Below are positions 18,601 through 27,747 of a stretch of 64,000 nucleotides of DNA, piece after piece. The DNA lies in NCBI GenBank assembly GCA_019828565.1, contig JAHDYR010000006.1, positions 371,643 to 435,642 of the forward strand, read 5' to 3'. The stretch comes from Carpediemonas membranifera BICM. Its lineage: Eukaryota > Protista > Fornicata. Below the pieces are notes generated by a model, which was not told the origin of the DNA, did no database searches, and worked only from the letters and a program-made list of their open reading frames with translations. The position numbers were made by a program, and so were the translations under genes. Position 1 is the stretch's first letter. Every line of letters starts with the position of its first letter.

Positions 18601-21443
18601 CGAATTTGCTGTTGTGCTCCTTGTGCACAAAAAAAGCAAATCTGGATTTGATCTCGAATATTGCCATGATGAAGGCGACACAAAATGCTCATTTGCCAAC
18701 CAGTGCAGCTAGAAGAAAATGGTAAAAAGTTATGGATACTGCATGGGATGAGGCCCCCGTTGATGTGTTAAACGGCCATGATCGACCGCTCAACGTCAGC
18801 GCCTCTTTGGGCACCTTCTGCGGCGGTGGATCATGCCAATTGCCGATCTCAGCTCTATGGAGCTAAGTGCACTTGAGCTCTGAGCCAAGTCTTCTGATTC
18901 CATCTTATCGCCGATAAAAAATTGCAAATTTTTGAGATACAGAAGATTGAATCTGTCCCCCAGAAAACCGAACATACTCCGATGATGTATACTGACTATA
19001 TACCACCGTAGTATGGCCTGCTTTCTGGGGGACAGCTTCATTCTTTGATTGGTTGATTCAGTCATTAGTTCCCGGCGACTGAGAAGGAGTTGACGCATAA
19101 AAACAACAGAGGATACTCTTTAGAACACACAGACTTTGCTGACAAGGCCACTTGGTCGTACGACCACTTTTGCCTTCGACCTTAAAATGCGAGAGGCAAT
19201 TTGCTCGACCACCAATCTCGCACATGTTACATCAAGCATGGATATGTCATTAATGCACTCGCATCTATCATTTCAGCTGCTTCTTAGGACTTCGAACGCC
19301 CTGAAGCACGAATAAGGAATTTGCGTTTATCCTCCGTATATCCCCGGATTAACTGGCCATTCTAACAGTATGAATCCTGAGGAGGGCGGTGCCGCGCATC
19401 AGGCGGACTCTAGCCGACCTCTGTGTCCTCACCTCAGAGGAGAAGTCAGAATGGGCACCGACTCAGTCATTGGTCTATCTGGGGCTCGTGATAGACTCCG
19501 CGAGTTTTACAATACGCCTCCCGGCGGACAAGGCCAAACGTTACTCCTCTCACATTCATCAGGCTCTGGCAGGCAAGACCATCGATCAGGAGACTTGGGC
19601 CAAGATCCTCGGGAGACTGACTTACTTCGCTACAACCGCCCACGGGGCTTTCCTCCGGCTGAGACACCTTCAACAGGACCCACTCTCCAAGGAGCTACTG
19701 CAAGAGTGGCTGCTACTGCTAAGAGAGCGCCCAGTCCGAGACATCAGAGAACTTCAGTCGCTTTGGGGCGCTCACCCCTCCTTAGACCTCGTCGTATCGA
19801 CAGACGCATCTGGAGTCAAGTGGGGAGCAGCCGTGCACGGCGAGTATGGGACCTCAGCCTCGGGCACGTTCACTCCAGAACTAAGAGCAGAATCTATCAA
19901 CGTGAAGGAGCTCGCGGGAATCCTACAGGGCATCCGTCTGATCGGCAGACAGAGTTCCCAACGCGAGCTATCGATCTTCTCAGACAACACATCAGCTCTG
20001 GCCTGGCTCAACAAGGCGGGGTCTACGAAGGCTCCACCTCAGGCCCTGCACATTCTAGCCCAGATCCAGAAGGAGGCGGAGGACCGGAACCTGACACTCC
20101 GTGGACTACACACTCCGGGCATCATCAACCTGGCAGCAGATCGGCTGTCCAGAGGCTTCTCACGACTCCCTTCCTCTCTGGAGTCCAGCATGGAATCTGT
20201 CCTCGCGGAGTGGGGGTCCAGTCCAGACAGTCTCAACGGACGTAGACGTAAGGCTTGGATGTCGCGTCCTCTGGGCCCCCAATTCGTCTATGGCAGCCAT
20301 AGTCCAGAAGATAGCGACAGCGAGAGTTCAGACTCAGACTGGACACCCGAGGTCTTGGACCTCAGCAGTCTTTCTCCTCTACCCAGAGGTTCAAGCGCCG
20401 GAGATGAGACTCCTCAAGAGTTGGACGTCCTGGAAACTCCGTCTCTCCGTCCCGGCTTCGAGCTCAGATCTGGCCCACCTACTTCACCTACAGGACAGAG
20501 GACGCCTACGGTTCAATGTGATGGCGTTCAGGACGTTTTCCACAGAGTCCTCAGGTCGGACAGAGTGATTCACCTTAATCACGCGTCTGCTCGGACGGTG
20601 GCCGGCTGGGTGGCCAGGTTCGAAGGCTCTCGCGATCGCAGCCTGTCGGATCGAGACCAGCTTGTAGCCTTCCTCAAGGACGAAGGCTCCTTCTGCGGGC
20701 CATCGAACGTGGCGAGGAAGGGCTACTGGATTGTTCAGCTACAGGAGTTCCTCAAAGACTGGCATCCGCCCGCCAACTCCAAGTACATCGTTAAGCAGGC
20801 GGCTAAGGGCGCCAGCACGGCGGGAACTACCGGCGGCTCGCGCGCCATCACCAAGGCTGAGATGATCGAGGCACTGGGGCGCCGGAGTGACGACTTTGAG
20901 TCATATCAGGCATGTCTCTTTGGGGCAGTCGCCTATCTGACGGTGTCCAGAGGCATCGAGATACTCTCCCTATGCCCGGCCGACCTGGAGCTACTCAAGA
21001 ACGGCGACATTCTCCTACACATTCAGCGGACCAAGACCATCCTAACGGGAGTTAAGAAGCGCGTACCATACGTATGGCTATCAGCCGCCTTCAACCCGGC
21101 CTTGGCACTTAGACGCTGGGTCGAGGGCACACACTACCTGGCTGATGACACCCCCATCTGGCGAGTCATAGTCAACGGGCGCCTGAGCAGAGACAAACCG
21201 CTCACAGCCGCACACCTCCGACGAGTCGTGAAGGCGTTGTTCGGTCCACGGACGGGTCTCCACAGCTTCCGTAAGGGGGCAGCGTCGGAGATGGCTCTAT
21301 CAGGAGTCCCGCTGGAGGTGATCCTCTCAATGGGCACATGGAAGGACGTCACCTCCCTCCGCAGCTATGTCGCTGACGCCATCAGAACAAACGAGGACCT
21401 CACCAGGAGGATGAACCTCAGCCTTCTCGGGCCCCACTTTTAA
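6627..21443 (+). CDS. YR-element tyrosine recombinase; catalytic domain ~20550-21443, probably the end of a long ORF overlapping RT from ATG 6627
   Basis: SRGIE (R), RTKT (K), HSFR (HxxR), GTW, LRSY (Y); alternate frame open 6627-7234 and 19375-20245. Confidence 0.85.
6631..20568 (+). CDS. YR-element RT-RNase H-(degenerate methyltransferase-like) ORF, join(6631..7234,19375..20568), assuming one extra G at 20212-20216
   Basis: KFDLKSGYHQ, LGFGW, YLDD; junction reads HRDREILRRAVPRIRR..YLGLVID; TDAS, INVKEL, SDN, ADRLSR; one-base correction gives EWGP then LWAP..IVQKI..LLYP. Confidence 0.85.
7757..8977 (+). CDS. 406-aa protein with C-terminal PHD/zinc-finger-like Cys-His cluster
   Basis: CAVC..CYLC..MHLQC..CAAC (C4HC3) then CHAC..CRAC..FC..H..FCDQC; paralog at 50170-51405. 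Confidence 0.8.
   Translation: MTTSETAKKAEISQGTSCGSDKRTEYRRLFVTSFLECFFDVADIPTIGLTTSDVHRALLGMQDVISGLCNGFRKIAIANSVRRTTTEPIQAFVASRKGGTELIGTKIPYLVVRDRANAAEHLQEFRNRMSVLFRGLGLHDVSSLITCTGIQWPPAVVIRIKHRKLQPEPRTPAETPAETPTKTPVTTLVPKLRKRADLATIKPDSPVKKLNFDAQMHEPAQKRSRLEEADLKEVAAMVTASLSTTVTDLLKQSPKAVEMNDKVPALKQATFLKLYQRKLLFACAVCASPEWYFNPNMKRNEYETCYLCHQFMHLQCVREKRIDGKNRKVCAACSLAGRSNRCHACIKDGDKSTKDTGVCRACLNWFCEEKHFSYAEFHLDGQDYRVRFCDQCMTVYQKVADMKPIE
9001..10098 (-). CDS. Putative clan CD (CHAT/caspase-like) cysteine protease; start uncertain
   Basis: FWVVSGHS ... RLIYFATC, hydrophobic strands preceding His and Cys; conserved in copy 2. Confidence 0.5.
   Translation of the reverse strand: MWSISFPIAGSANYQCWKKSGSCQMERKFGKFGTRRISDHPLTYECVCGITRPRSDLRNQGLKEYDGIRYTHDCPFTLSKLVNRRIVILLEPVHGFEAPTCANPVFTVTGLAGSEGYHKRMKAILDLVSDEWLTTVAVSFVSTTHLGSILQQLAAEFANFETFWVVSGHSETTTSRMIVNASANEFLYLHDIVQMILFAFREPSLVTTSRVRLIYFATCTGADNSEFSLLKQSISTQAYEHTCIILTPEKMLANELVLQDCFWLYRTTCMDNPLHFVSRYFSGYGLAPGTAGRRVIANGSMSITPGAIEILTATQFRTPIPLPEMVDLVSEVLAYRPLQRSPADVMASRYITEMTVAHRAALEDT
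10213..11023 (+). CDS. SET-domain methyltransferase-like protein; intron 10673-10704; homopolymer frameshifts in the 5' part
   Basis: GRGLIAT..GIYAG, VDA, LINHS, EFLRISYG; 32-nt GT..ACACAG intron joins the two SET halves in frame (NMVISFDAS). Confidence 0.85.
11050..13226 (-). CDS. Acidic coiled-coil protein with C-terminal OTU-like protease domain; intron 13123-13159; one-base frameshift in G run near 11710
   Basis: VNPDGLCIGYCL, W..FGVMAWS, EHATL; intact in copy 2. Confidence 0.7.
13425..13590. other. Two long imperfect hairpins in a divergent intergenic region (13425-13489, 13540-13590)
   Basis: gtcctcagaggacac/gtgtcctctgaggac and aaaagctcagaga/tctctgagctttt arms. Confidence 0.75.
13916..14677 (+). 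CDS. 253-aa basic protein with histone-H3-tail-like N-terminus
   Basis: MARSKQ ... KSTKTARKA; ORF intact in both copies. Confidence 0.75.
   Translation: MARSKQGNIQATEAQKERRMALGKKAQQKSQSKSNKSTKTARKAHKTPIEIVQTFISNFLLNNDDITRANGWVVDFSQKFAAEVPKMKVASLKKDKLYGNLQSVEEISRKWQGGGDEDKCHRFKALLSHDAQTDELDTDDPLIATVREMDDAFHRIPIAYRAKVHAFAASSCGVTVDDVKLVLSKPCRDRDADLIFARPTRVLKKEAKTLSQLTSVIAKRNAERAEAESRDVLRRKVYQAIMNYYLECSAQEL
14702..15627 (-). CDS. Hypothetical 296-aa protein, join(15627..15458,15422..14702)
   Basis: 35-nt intron GTATGT..TAACACAG (15423-15457) fuses two ORFs in frame (YSFVILIAIRGVEMDN). Confidence 0.75.
15748..18288 (-). CDS. Putative DDE transposase of element A (divergent CMC/CACTA/Transib-like)
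   Basis: LLLWLDAW (D), VMGDHAAIRK..GGHYP (D), PPIMH, EEFFER (E); same motifs in paralog 51471-54026; largest ORF between the TIRs. Confidence 0.7.
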   Translation of the reverse strand: MVAHIVFESHIGTIYDDQPRSVERMNYLLGCTYFAMVGIGLNSARTRPQREQFCQLVREMEEADLISQRIHDARFFRPPADSRPFQRAATAHGNQHPPHPVFVRDDYRTHAIQERAVQDYNDSEERSANFSEIMELTSILMYVRNGFNSTQELFKLINNISRRLGKPISKNKTAEVLIKDLGIDMTRISGVSEALTEEERAFVKHLVPCRSVSGNTTWRRTMSGTQSRLELTNRLTVADGAEPTPFFDHDLVADHTWERPTLTLHYDSESDAVQHYQSLKGSVGIAHLGKRLNSSTWDKVETVWFDGVYYLQQAVLHPEWLESDQTNFERCSRALQDPGHVEFQPLKLLLWLDAWKGHTATFKIRIYDPSGFTFPNRITPPFRLVECLAGEKELTEEGNLQLVEEEVERIYQALIPIRGTDQVTTFDQVIVMGDHAAIRKLSSGIEGNGGHYPQPFNSIRRDHKALHPIPAHSRVTLHDLLEQKAAFHAVQADPDRVQDPKEEYGNFSDKRAIFENRPEPRVIHTERVVFCPPIMHNSHRLLEQVARLCASFPADRNATAVDKRKLQRMSSNRSIDRTVGCNEQSAARVRMANTTNEDYEALPESVQDIVRLIGYLQALYYSTEPVTDSKVAFHFLAASMCHLFHVMLSLQAHQTKLALLPPGQADKAEKPCAQTLYVNSRLTAQPLLHDHLRIPLFYLLEEFFEREFIKNQEVRAELHRSAMIEKLCLTEQTTLICTFLTGIRSFGRQDYSVPPLNRLRRVRVHQCCRQARSWFAIRSHMEARHQFHATAAVVRLFQELVDEMWQYVNDYTALAWDEESGVMVCELADMGEELVCCICGHARAEQ

Positions 21444-21598
21444 CCACCCCCTCCATTAAACATCCGCGTTCGAGGGGAACGGCCGAGGCGAGACGGACTC
21501 GCCGGCCTGGATTCATCATTAATTCTTAACTCTGGTCGAGGCGAGATAGACTCGCCGGCCCAAAGCTTTAGTCCCACAGGGACGTCTTGCGGGATTGT

Positions 21599-21736
21599 CC
21601 CATTTTGGTTGGATTTAAGAGGAGGGCTCTCTGTTATAGAGCCACACTTTGTGGATCCTGTCACAGGACCATCACTGGCACCTGCGCGCGCCGATCAATG
21701 TGCACTTTAGGTCACACTTCGAAACGCATCGGCAGG
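21599..21736 (+). repeat. B1-A2 internal junction of the YR element
   Basis: B1 (58 bp) = 27977-28034, abutting A2 = 1466-1546. Confidence 0.95.
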
Positions 21737-22518
21737 TGTCGGAGCCGTTGTAGTCCGTTAGGGACAAGAAAGCTTTACAGGGAAAAGAGACGACACCAAA
21801 TGTGTCGACAGAAACCTGAAGACGATGTAAATAATACAACTATGTAAATATTGGGTAAGACCCACGACACCGCCCCTCCATGGACCCCAAAGGGGCCATG
21901 GCCTCAGGCGTATGCCACTCGAACGAATGTGCGATGAGGGACTTGACCAGTCCCGAGACCTCCGATGCCACTCATTGGTCTACGAGACTCTGTACCATGG
22001 CAGGGTACAGGGTGAATGCCTTGTTCAAGTCGGGAGCCAGAATTGGCGGGGTGAATCTGAAAGATTCGGAAAATATCTGCGGATCTCAAAATCCTATCGT
22101 GGTACCACTTTTTAGCGCGCTGTGTAATTAGAATGATCTTACGTGAGGCATTCCGCCCCTCCACGGTCGTAAAACGGCCGTTTGAATATTGATTAGATCA
22201 AATGAGCGCCTAAAACTGCTCACTGTGATGATCTTTGTGTTTCTCTTGGTATGTACTTCACGTCGCCGTCCTTATTACATAGAGATCGAAAAACGTCATT
22301 AGAAGCCTCAATTCGGCTTCGTTCGCGAGTTCTCGCGTTTTTTGCTCTCGACGGTGCGACGTTCTCTCTCGCGGCTGCAAAAGGCCGCGTTCATCCTAAT
22401 AACATCAATCGGGCTTGAATTAGCCGTAAAACAGTGTCTTTCAAGTTCCATTGAGGTTGGTTGCTACTTCTTTCGAGTTGTTGTTTTCTCAGTGAAAACG
22501 GGAAGTGACGAACGAGCA

Positions 22519-23763
22519 ATGTCCGACGTACGTGAGCAGATTATGCAGATGCTGGCGCTATTTGATGAGGAGAAAGCCCGAAAGGCCTTCAAACGCTTCT
22601 TGAACCGCTATCTCGATCGTGCCCGTTTTTTCAACTCAGCCAGCGACTACCACGCTTTGTTCAGCGCACCTGCTCCTACAAACGTGACATCTATCCGGGA
22701 CACCTCTACTGAGAGCGTTACGAGTGCTCCGGTCACTTCTTGTGTGCGTTCGCCGACGCCGGGCGGTAACGAAAGCCCGGAGGAGGCTGAGACGGTGAGT
22801 GGTGATGCTGGCTCTCCACATGAGAACCGTGGTGACTCGTGCGAGGCCGAGACCGCTCGTAGCGATGATGAATCCCGGCCAACGGGTCACGGCGACTCGG
22901 GGTCGGGTGAGGAAACCGAGGTCTCGCCGCTCTTCTCTCTGGAGGAGATGATCACCGCTGTTGCCGCAGAGGGCGTGAGTTACATCACTCTAGACATGTC
23001 TGGTACCTTGCGGGCGCTCCGCGCCGGGATGCTCAACTCATATGGGCATCTCGCCGCAACGGAGAACTCTTCTTCCGTTGCGCGTGACATCTGTCGCGAT
23101 GGTCTCGTGTTGCTGGCGCTATCGCGCGAGTACCACACTCGGGCTATGTGTGGTCGGCCTGGCGATCCCACCGATCAGGATCTGGTGGCTTTGCACCTCC
23201 GCCGCCTCGACGCGACCTCGCGTACGCTCTGTCATCAGGGTTTGCGCGAGCGTATTCAGCTTCTCTCGGGGCGTGGTTACACCGTCATGACCCCTCATCT
23301 GCGTCGCGCCATAATGTTAGGTAATGACCCAGACCTGTATGACATGATGGTCGTGGGCCACGCGCAGGGCATCCTAGACGCTGCTGACGTGCGAGAGTTC
23401 AGCCGCCAATACATTGAAGCAATCCGAACCCCCACTGGTTTCGGTCATGTGCGCCACTCTTTGATGGACAACTTCCTGTTCGATGTCCCCAGCAATGACG
23501 TCCTGCCCGTCGCGCTCGATCATAACGAGCCACGTCGTGTGTATGTGCTTGAGGCAATCGTTGGCCACCATCTGCATGAGAATTCCCTGCGTCTGCTCGT
23601 GCACTATGCTCGACGCGAGTACAGCTCGATTATCCTGGCAACCGAGGCAATCCGTGATAGTCAGGCTGGGGTCAAGTTCTTTGCTGCTCATCCCGAGCTA
23701 GTTCGCTATTGTACCCGGTCTGAGGACGCGAACGGTGCTCTCAGCGGGGGTGTTTTGGAGTGA
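22519..23763 (+). CDS. Extra antisense ORF of Gypsy-2 (~414 aa) with a degenerate chromodomain-like C-terminus
   Basis: Long ORF inside the LTRs, convergent with gag-pol; VYVLEAIVGHHLHENSLRLLVHY. Confidence 0.65.
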   Translation: MSDVREQIMQMLALFDEEKARKAFKRFLNRYLDRARFFNSASDYHALFSAPAPTNVTSIRDTSTESVTSAPVTSCVRSPTPGGNESPEEAETVSGDAGSPHENRGDSCEAETARSDDESRPTGHGDSGSGEETEVSPLFSLEEMITAVAAEGVSYITLDMSGTLRALRAGMLNSYGHLAATENSSSVARDICRDGLVLLALSREYHTRAMCGRPGDPTDQDLVALHLRRLDATSRTLCHQGLRERIQLLSGRGYTVMTPHLRRAIMLGNDPDLYDMMVVGHAQGILDAADVREFSRQYIEAIRTPTGFGHVRHSLMDNFLFDVPSNDVLPVALDHNEPRRVYVLEAIVGHHLHENSLRLLVHYARREYSSIILATEAIRDSQAGVKFFAAHPELVRYCTRSEDANGALSGGVLE

Positions 23764-23796
23764 GATAAAGGTTTGGATTGAGTAGCTGCTGAAGGT

Positions 23797-26700
23797 TTAC
23801 AGACCGGCTCGCTTGGCCTCGTCTGACTTCAGGAATATGTCTAGCGCCTCTAGGTCCTTGACTGACGAATAGTCTTGCCACGTGGCCTCTTCGTCTTCGC
23901 ACCCAGCCCAATGGACGAGGTATTCCCGCTTGGACATCGGGCCTCGACCTCGAGATCGACTGATTCGCTCAACTTCCCACTCGTCGTCAGCCGTGGCTGC
24001 GAGTGCTTTGATCTGATCTTCTGTCAGCCTGCCGGGATTGAACTTCCGAACTCTCGATGCGTCTACCGTGATCGCTTTCGAGTTGTCCTTCTCAGCTAGG
24101 TCTAAAACCTTATACGCGACAACGACACCGTGTTGTTTCACTCCGGCGAGCCTTCGCATTGGCCCTCTCCATCCAGGTGACAACTTGTTCGGTGGTCTAG
24201 AGGGGTACTTGACTAGGACGAACCTGCTAATAATCTCATTCCTCGAGGCAGTAGCCTTTGCGAGGGCGTCCTCTCTTATCGCCTGGACTCGGCTGCTGGC
24301 GAGTTGGACAGCCGCTGCGGCCGCTTCCCTGTGAGACTCACTCGCGCTCGCTGTACTAGAATCAGTCACATACACGTTCTGTGGTATTCTCAGGTCGTAC
24401 CCGAGAACTATCTCGGCTGGTGACAGGCGTGTAGACGTGCGCGGGGATGAATTAACGATGAACTGGGCGACAGGTAGATTCTCGATCCAGGTTGACCCTC
24501 TGAGCTGAAAATTACGCGCCTTGAGGATGCGTAATACTTGCTGGTTGGCGCGCTCTACCATCCCATTGGATTGCGGGTGGTGAGCCGTGGTAATATGGAT
24601 CTTGAACCCCATCTCATCTGCGATGCGCTTGAAGAGTTGGTTCTTGAACTCTGGTCCTCCGTCGGATTGGAGAACCTCAGGGCACCCGAAACGCAATATC
24701 CAGTTGTTGACCAGGGCGTCCGCTGCTGCCGCGCCGGTGGTACTCGAAGATGCGACTAGCTCAGTCCACCGACTGCACATGTCGATCATGACTGTGATGT
24801 AAGCCTTGCCGTCGACGGAGGGGAAAGGCCCCATCGTGTCAACTGCCACCCTACGGAACGGGCGATCTACGGCTGTGTGCAATCCTGACGGGCTGTCAAC
24901 CGGAGGGCGTCTAATCACCTGGCACACCGGGCAGTTTTCGATGACCTTGCTGACAGTCTCACGTGATACTGACTTGCCTTGGTCCTTGAGTCGTTCAGTA
25001 ACTACACGTCGGGAGAGGTGGGCCCCGGCGGTGAGGTGTTCTGCTTCAACGTCATCTTCTGATGCGGACTGCATAACGTACACTCGCGATAAGCCGTCTG
25101 CCCCACCGTTATCAAGGCCAGCGACGTGCTTGACGTCGAAGTCCATGTCGGACATAGCCTCAGCCCATCTGCGGACCTTGGCGTTAGTCGACTTGTACAT
25201 GTAAATCAGGTTGCGATGGTCCGTGAGAAGGGTGAACTTTCCCCAGGAGAGGTACTTGTTCCATCGCTTAATGGCGGCGACGATGGCGAATGCCTCCTTC
25301 TCTCCGACCGACCATCGCGATTGCACTTGGTCAAAGGCCTTGCTCATAAAGCACACGGGTTGGCCTTCCTGCAATAGCACAGCGCCGTAGCCTACTCCTG
25401 ACGCGTCGGTCATGATGGTGTGTTCCTTGGACGCATCGAAGATGGCGAGTGCTTCTGCTTGGGCGAGGAGTGTCTTGACTTTGCGTAGGGCTTGCTCTTG
25501 CTCGTCGCCACCCAGCGGGATCTTGGAGGCCATCGCTTGAGTTAAGGGGTGTACTACTTCTGCGAAACCAGGGACATGATCCCGGAAATAGTTAAGAAAT
25601 CCGACGAGCGCTTGCATTCCCTTGACCGACTTAGGCATTTCGAGATCCAGGATGTCTTGAATGCGGTCCGCTGCGATGCGTTGACAGCCATGGGATATGA
25701 CCCTGCCCAGGAACTCGACCTCGGCCCTCGAAAACTGGCACTTGTCACGGTTGAGTTGTAACTTGATCTGTCTAGTACGCTGCAGCACGCTCTCCAGGTT
25801 CTTGAGGTAATCCTCCTCGTTTTCCCCGAAGACAATGATATCGTCGATATAGATATAACAGGCGTGACCAACCAGTTCGGCGAAAGCCGACTCCATGGCA
25901 CGCTGAAAGTGAGCTCCTGCGTTCCTTAGCCCGAAGGGCATCCTAGTGTATTGATATTGACCTAGAATGGTGGTGAACGCAGTGTACTTGCGGCAGCGTT
26001 TGGTCAGTTCGACCTGGTGATAACCCGACGACAGGTCTAGTGTGGCGAAGATCTTCTTGTTGGGTAGTTGGGCGATCACCTCGTCGATCATTGGGATCGG
26101 GTAGTCGAAAGTGGGGGTGATCTCGTTGATCTGCCGGAAATCCACGACGAAGCGCGACTTCCCGCCCTTCTTCGGCACCGTCATGGCCGGGGATGCGTAC
26201 GGTGAGTTGCTTCTCTCGATAAACCCCTTCAAGGACAGCTCGTCGATGTGCTCCCGTATTATGTCGACCTTGGCTGGTGGGACGAAGTATGGTCTGGCGT
26301 TGACCACTCGGTCCTCGCGTAGGATGAGGTCATACGGCTCGAGGCGGCTGGGTTCGCTACGGTCCTCGAACACGTCGCTATAACGTCTGATGAGCTCGGC
26401 CTGCCGGTCGATGCTGGTCTGCGACAAAGAAAACAATGGTGCCTGATACTTGTACACGTCCGGAATCTCGATCTCGTCATCATCTTGCTCGTCGGTGTAG
26501 GCTTGGGGAAGGATTCCCAGTGCTACCATGTCTGGATATCCGATAATCATGTCGAACTCAGTGTCAAGTAGCAGCATACGTGGCTTGTAGGAGCACGCCT
26601 TGGGTGTAAACGCTGACGCTAGCAGTCTTACGTCGCCTTCAACAGCGCCTTGCGCGTGAAGAATACCCTTGTTGGCGGTACGGATCGGAATAACCTCGGA

Positions 26701-27747
26701 GCTAACTTTTGTCAGCTTGGACGCCCACGTGCTCTTGATGATCGTGACTCCGGCACCTGAATCAAGTAGAGCAGTGAGGTTGTGACCATTAATCTGGACT
26801 TTGATCAAGGGAACAGATGGCTTAGTCTCGGTCTCGCCCTTAGTCTTTGACGGTTCGCCCTCGGCCGGTGACTCCTTGGAACTTAAAACACACACGCACT
26901 TGGAGGATTTACAGTAATCCTCCAGGTGGCCGACACGACCACACTTCTTACATGTGTGCTTGGGCTTCTTACACTTGAACACCGAGTGACCCTTGCCACC
27001 GCAGTTATAGCAGGTGTAGTTAGAGTAGTCCTTTGCCGGCTTCTCCTTCTTGATTGCCTTGTGGCCCTTGTTGGTTTCAGCCGACCGGTTATCGGACGAG
27101 GGCTTCTTCGGGATCACAGACGAGTCGTGTCTGCGGTCATGGCGGGACGTGTAGGGTTGACGAGAGGGAGCGTCTTCGAAAGCGCTTAGTAGATCCCGTG
27201 ACTCTTGGACTTCACGTGCTAGGGCTAGGACGGCGGGCATAGCCTTTTCCAGAGGCTGGTCCTCGATGAGCTCTTGGATGCGGTACATGGCCTTGGGGTT
27301 GCTCTTAAAGGCACGCGTATACGCCTCCTTGAGGTTGTCCTCGTTGAGGGACTTCCCATCGAACAGGGACAAGAGGAGAGTGAACTTCCGATTGACGCGT
27401 GCGACCTGTACCGTGTCGAAGCTGTTGGCTCTTAGACGGAACAGCTGGAGGCGTGAGGTCTTGGTTCTGGGTTGCAGGGCTTGTCCGAGCCGCTTGAGAG
27501 TTCCCTGATCCTTCAGATCGCGGATGTTCTTCCTTGAGGCTACTAGGGGAGTGTGATCGTCGTCTTCGTCCTGCGTAGTGGATAGGATCGTGGCAATGAG
27601 GTCTTGTACCGAGCTATCAATCAAGTCTGAGATATCCCGATGGCCTCCGTAAGCGCGATAGTCGCGGAAGGCCTCGGCGAAAGTGATGAGAGCCTCAACT
27701 GACGGAACCGTTAGTAGAGGAGGTATAAGGCGTTTCTTATCGTTCAT
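23797..27747 (-). CDS. Gypsy-2 Gag-Pol polyprotein (2 CCHC, protease, RT, RNase H, integrase, chromodomain)
   Basis: CYNCGGKGHSVFKC, LLDSGA, YIDD, TDAS, VAVD..SDGG..VER, WEVERI..YLVHWAG. Confidence 0.97.
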   Translation of the reverse strand: MNDKKRLIPPLLTVPSVEALITFAEAFRDYRAYGGHRDISDLIDSSVQDLIATILSTTQDEDDDHTPLVASRKNIRDLKDQGTLKRLGQALQPRTKTSRLQLFRLRANSFDTVQVARVNRKFTLLLSLFDGKSLNEDNLKEAYTRAFKSNPKAMYRIQELIEDQPLEKAMPAVLALAREVQESRDLLSAFEDAPSRQPYTSRHDRRHDSSVIPKKPSSDNRSAETNKGHKAIKKEKPAKDYSNYTCYNCGGKGHSVFKCKKPKHTCKKCGRVGHLEDYCKSSKCVCVLSSKESPAEGEPSKTKGETETKPSVPLIKVQINGHNLTALLDSGAGVTIIKSTWASKLTKVSSEVIPIRTANKGILHAQGAVEGDVRLLASAFTPKACSYKPRMLLLDTEFDMIIGYPDMVALGILPQAYTDEQDDDEIEIPDVYKYQAPLFSLSQTSIDRQAELIRRYSDVFEDRSEPSRLEPYDLILREDRVVNARPYFVPPAKVDIIREHIDELSLKGFIERSNSPYASPAMTVPKKGGKSRFVVDFRQINEITPTFDYPIPMIDEVIAQLPNKKIFATLDLSSGYHQVELTKRCRKYTAFTTILGQYQYTRMPFGLRNAGAHFQRAMESAFAELVGHACYIYIDDIIVFGENEEDYLKNLESVLQRTRQIKLQLNRDKCQFSRAEVEFLGRVISHGCQRIAADRIQDILDLEMPKSVKGMQALVGFLNYFRDHVPGFAEVVHPLTQAMASKIPLGGDEQEQALRKVKTLLAQAEALAIFDASKEHTIMTDASGVGYGAVLLQEGQPVCFMSKAFDQVQSRWSVGEKEAFAIVAAIKRWNKYLSWGKFTLLTDHRNLIYMYKSTNAKVRRWAEAMSDMDFDVKHVAGLDNGGADGLSRVYVMQSASEDDVEAEHLTAGAHLSRRVVTERLKDQGKSVSRETVSKVIENCPVCQVIRRPPVDSPSGLHTAVDRPFRRVAVDTMGPFPSVDGKAYITVMIDMCSRWTELVASSSTTGAAAADALVNNWILRFGCPEVLQSDGGPEFKNQLFKRIADEMGFKIHITTAHHPQSNGMVERANQQVLRILKARNFQLRGSTWIENLPVAQFIVNSSPRTSTRLSPAEIVLGYDLRIPQNVYVTDSSTASASESHREAAAAAVQLASSRVQAIREDALAKATASRNEIISRFVLVKYPSRPPNKLSPGWRGPMRRLAGVKQHGVVVAYKVLDLAEKDNSKAITVDASRVRKFNPGRLTEDQIKALAATADDEWEVERISRSRGRGPMSKREYLVHWAGCEDEEATWQDYSSVKDLEALDIFLKSDEAKRAGL

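Larger units (their letters stand above)
7235..19372. mobile_element. Element A copy 1: 12,138-bp multigene TIR DNA transposon (CMC/CACTA-like), TSD AA
   Basis: Perfect 48-bp TIRs CATACTGTTAGAATGG..GGATAAAC at 7235-7282 and 19325-19372; removal plus one AA restores two overlapping reading frames. Confidence 0.95.

Noticed and set aside
7235-19372. Polinton/Maverick or endogenous virus
   Set aside because: No DNA polymerase B, capsid, packaging ATPase or retroviral integrase motifs; TSD is 2 bp rather than 6
19389-21443. Apparent RT/RNase H-YR fusion ORF (684 aa)
   Set aside because: One extra G in the run at 20212-20216 explains it; correction restores a WGP motif and the canonical overlapping layout
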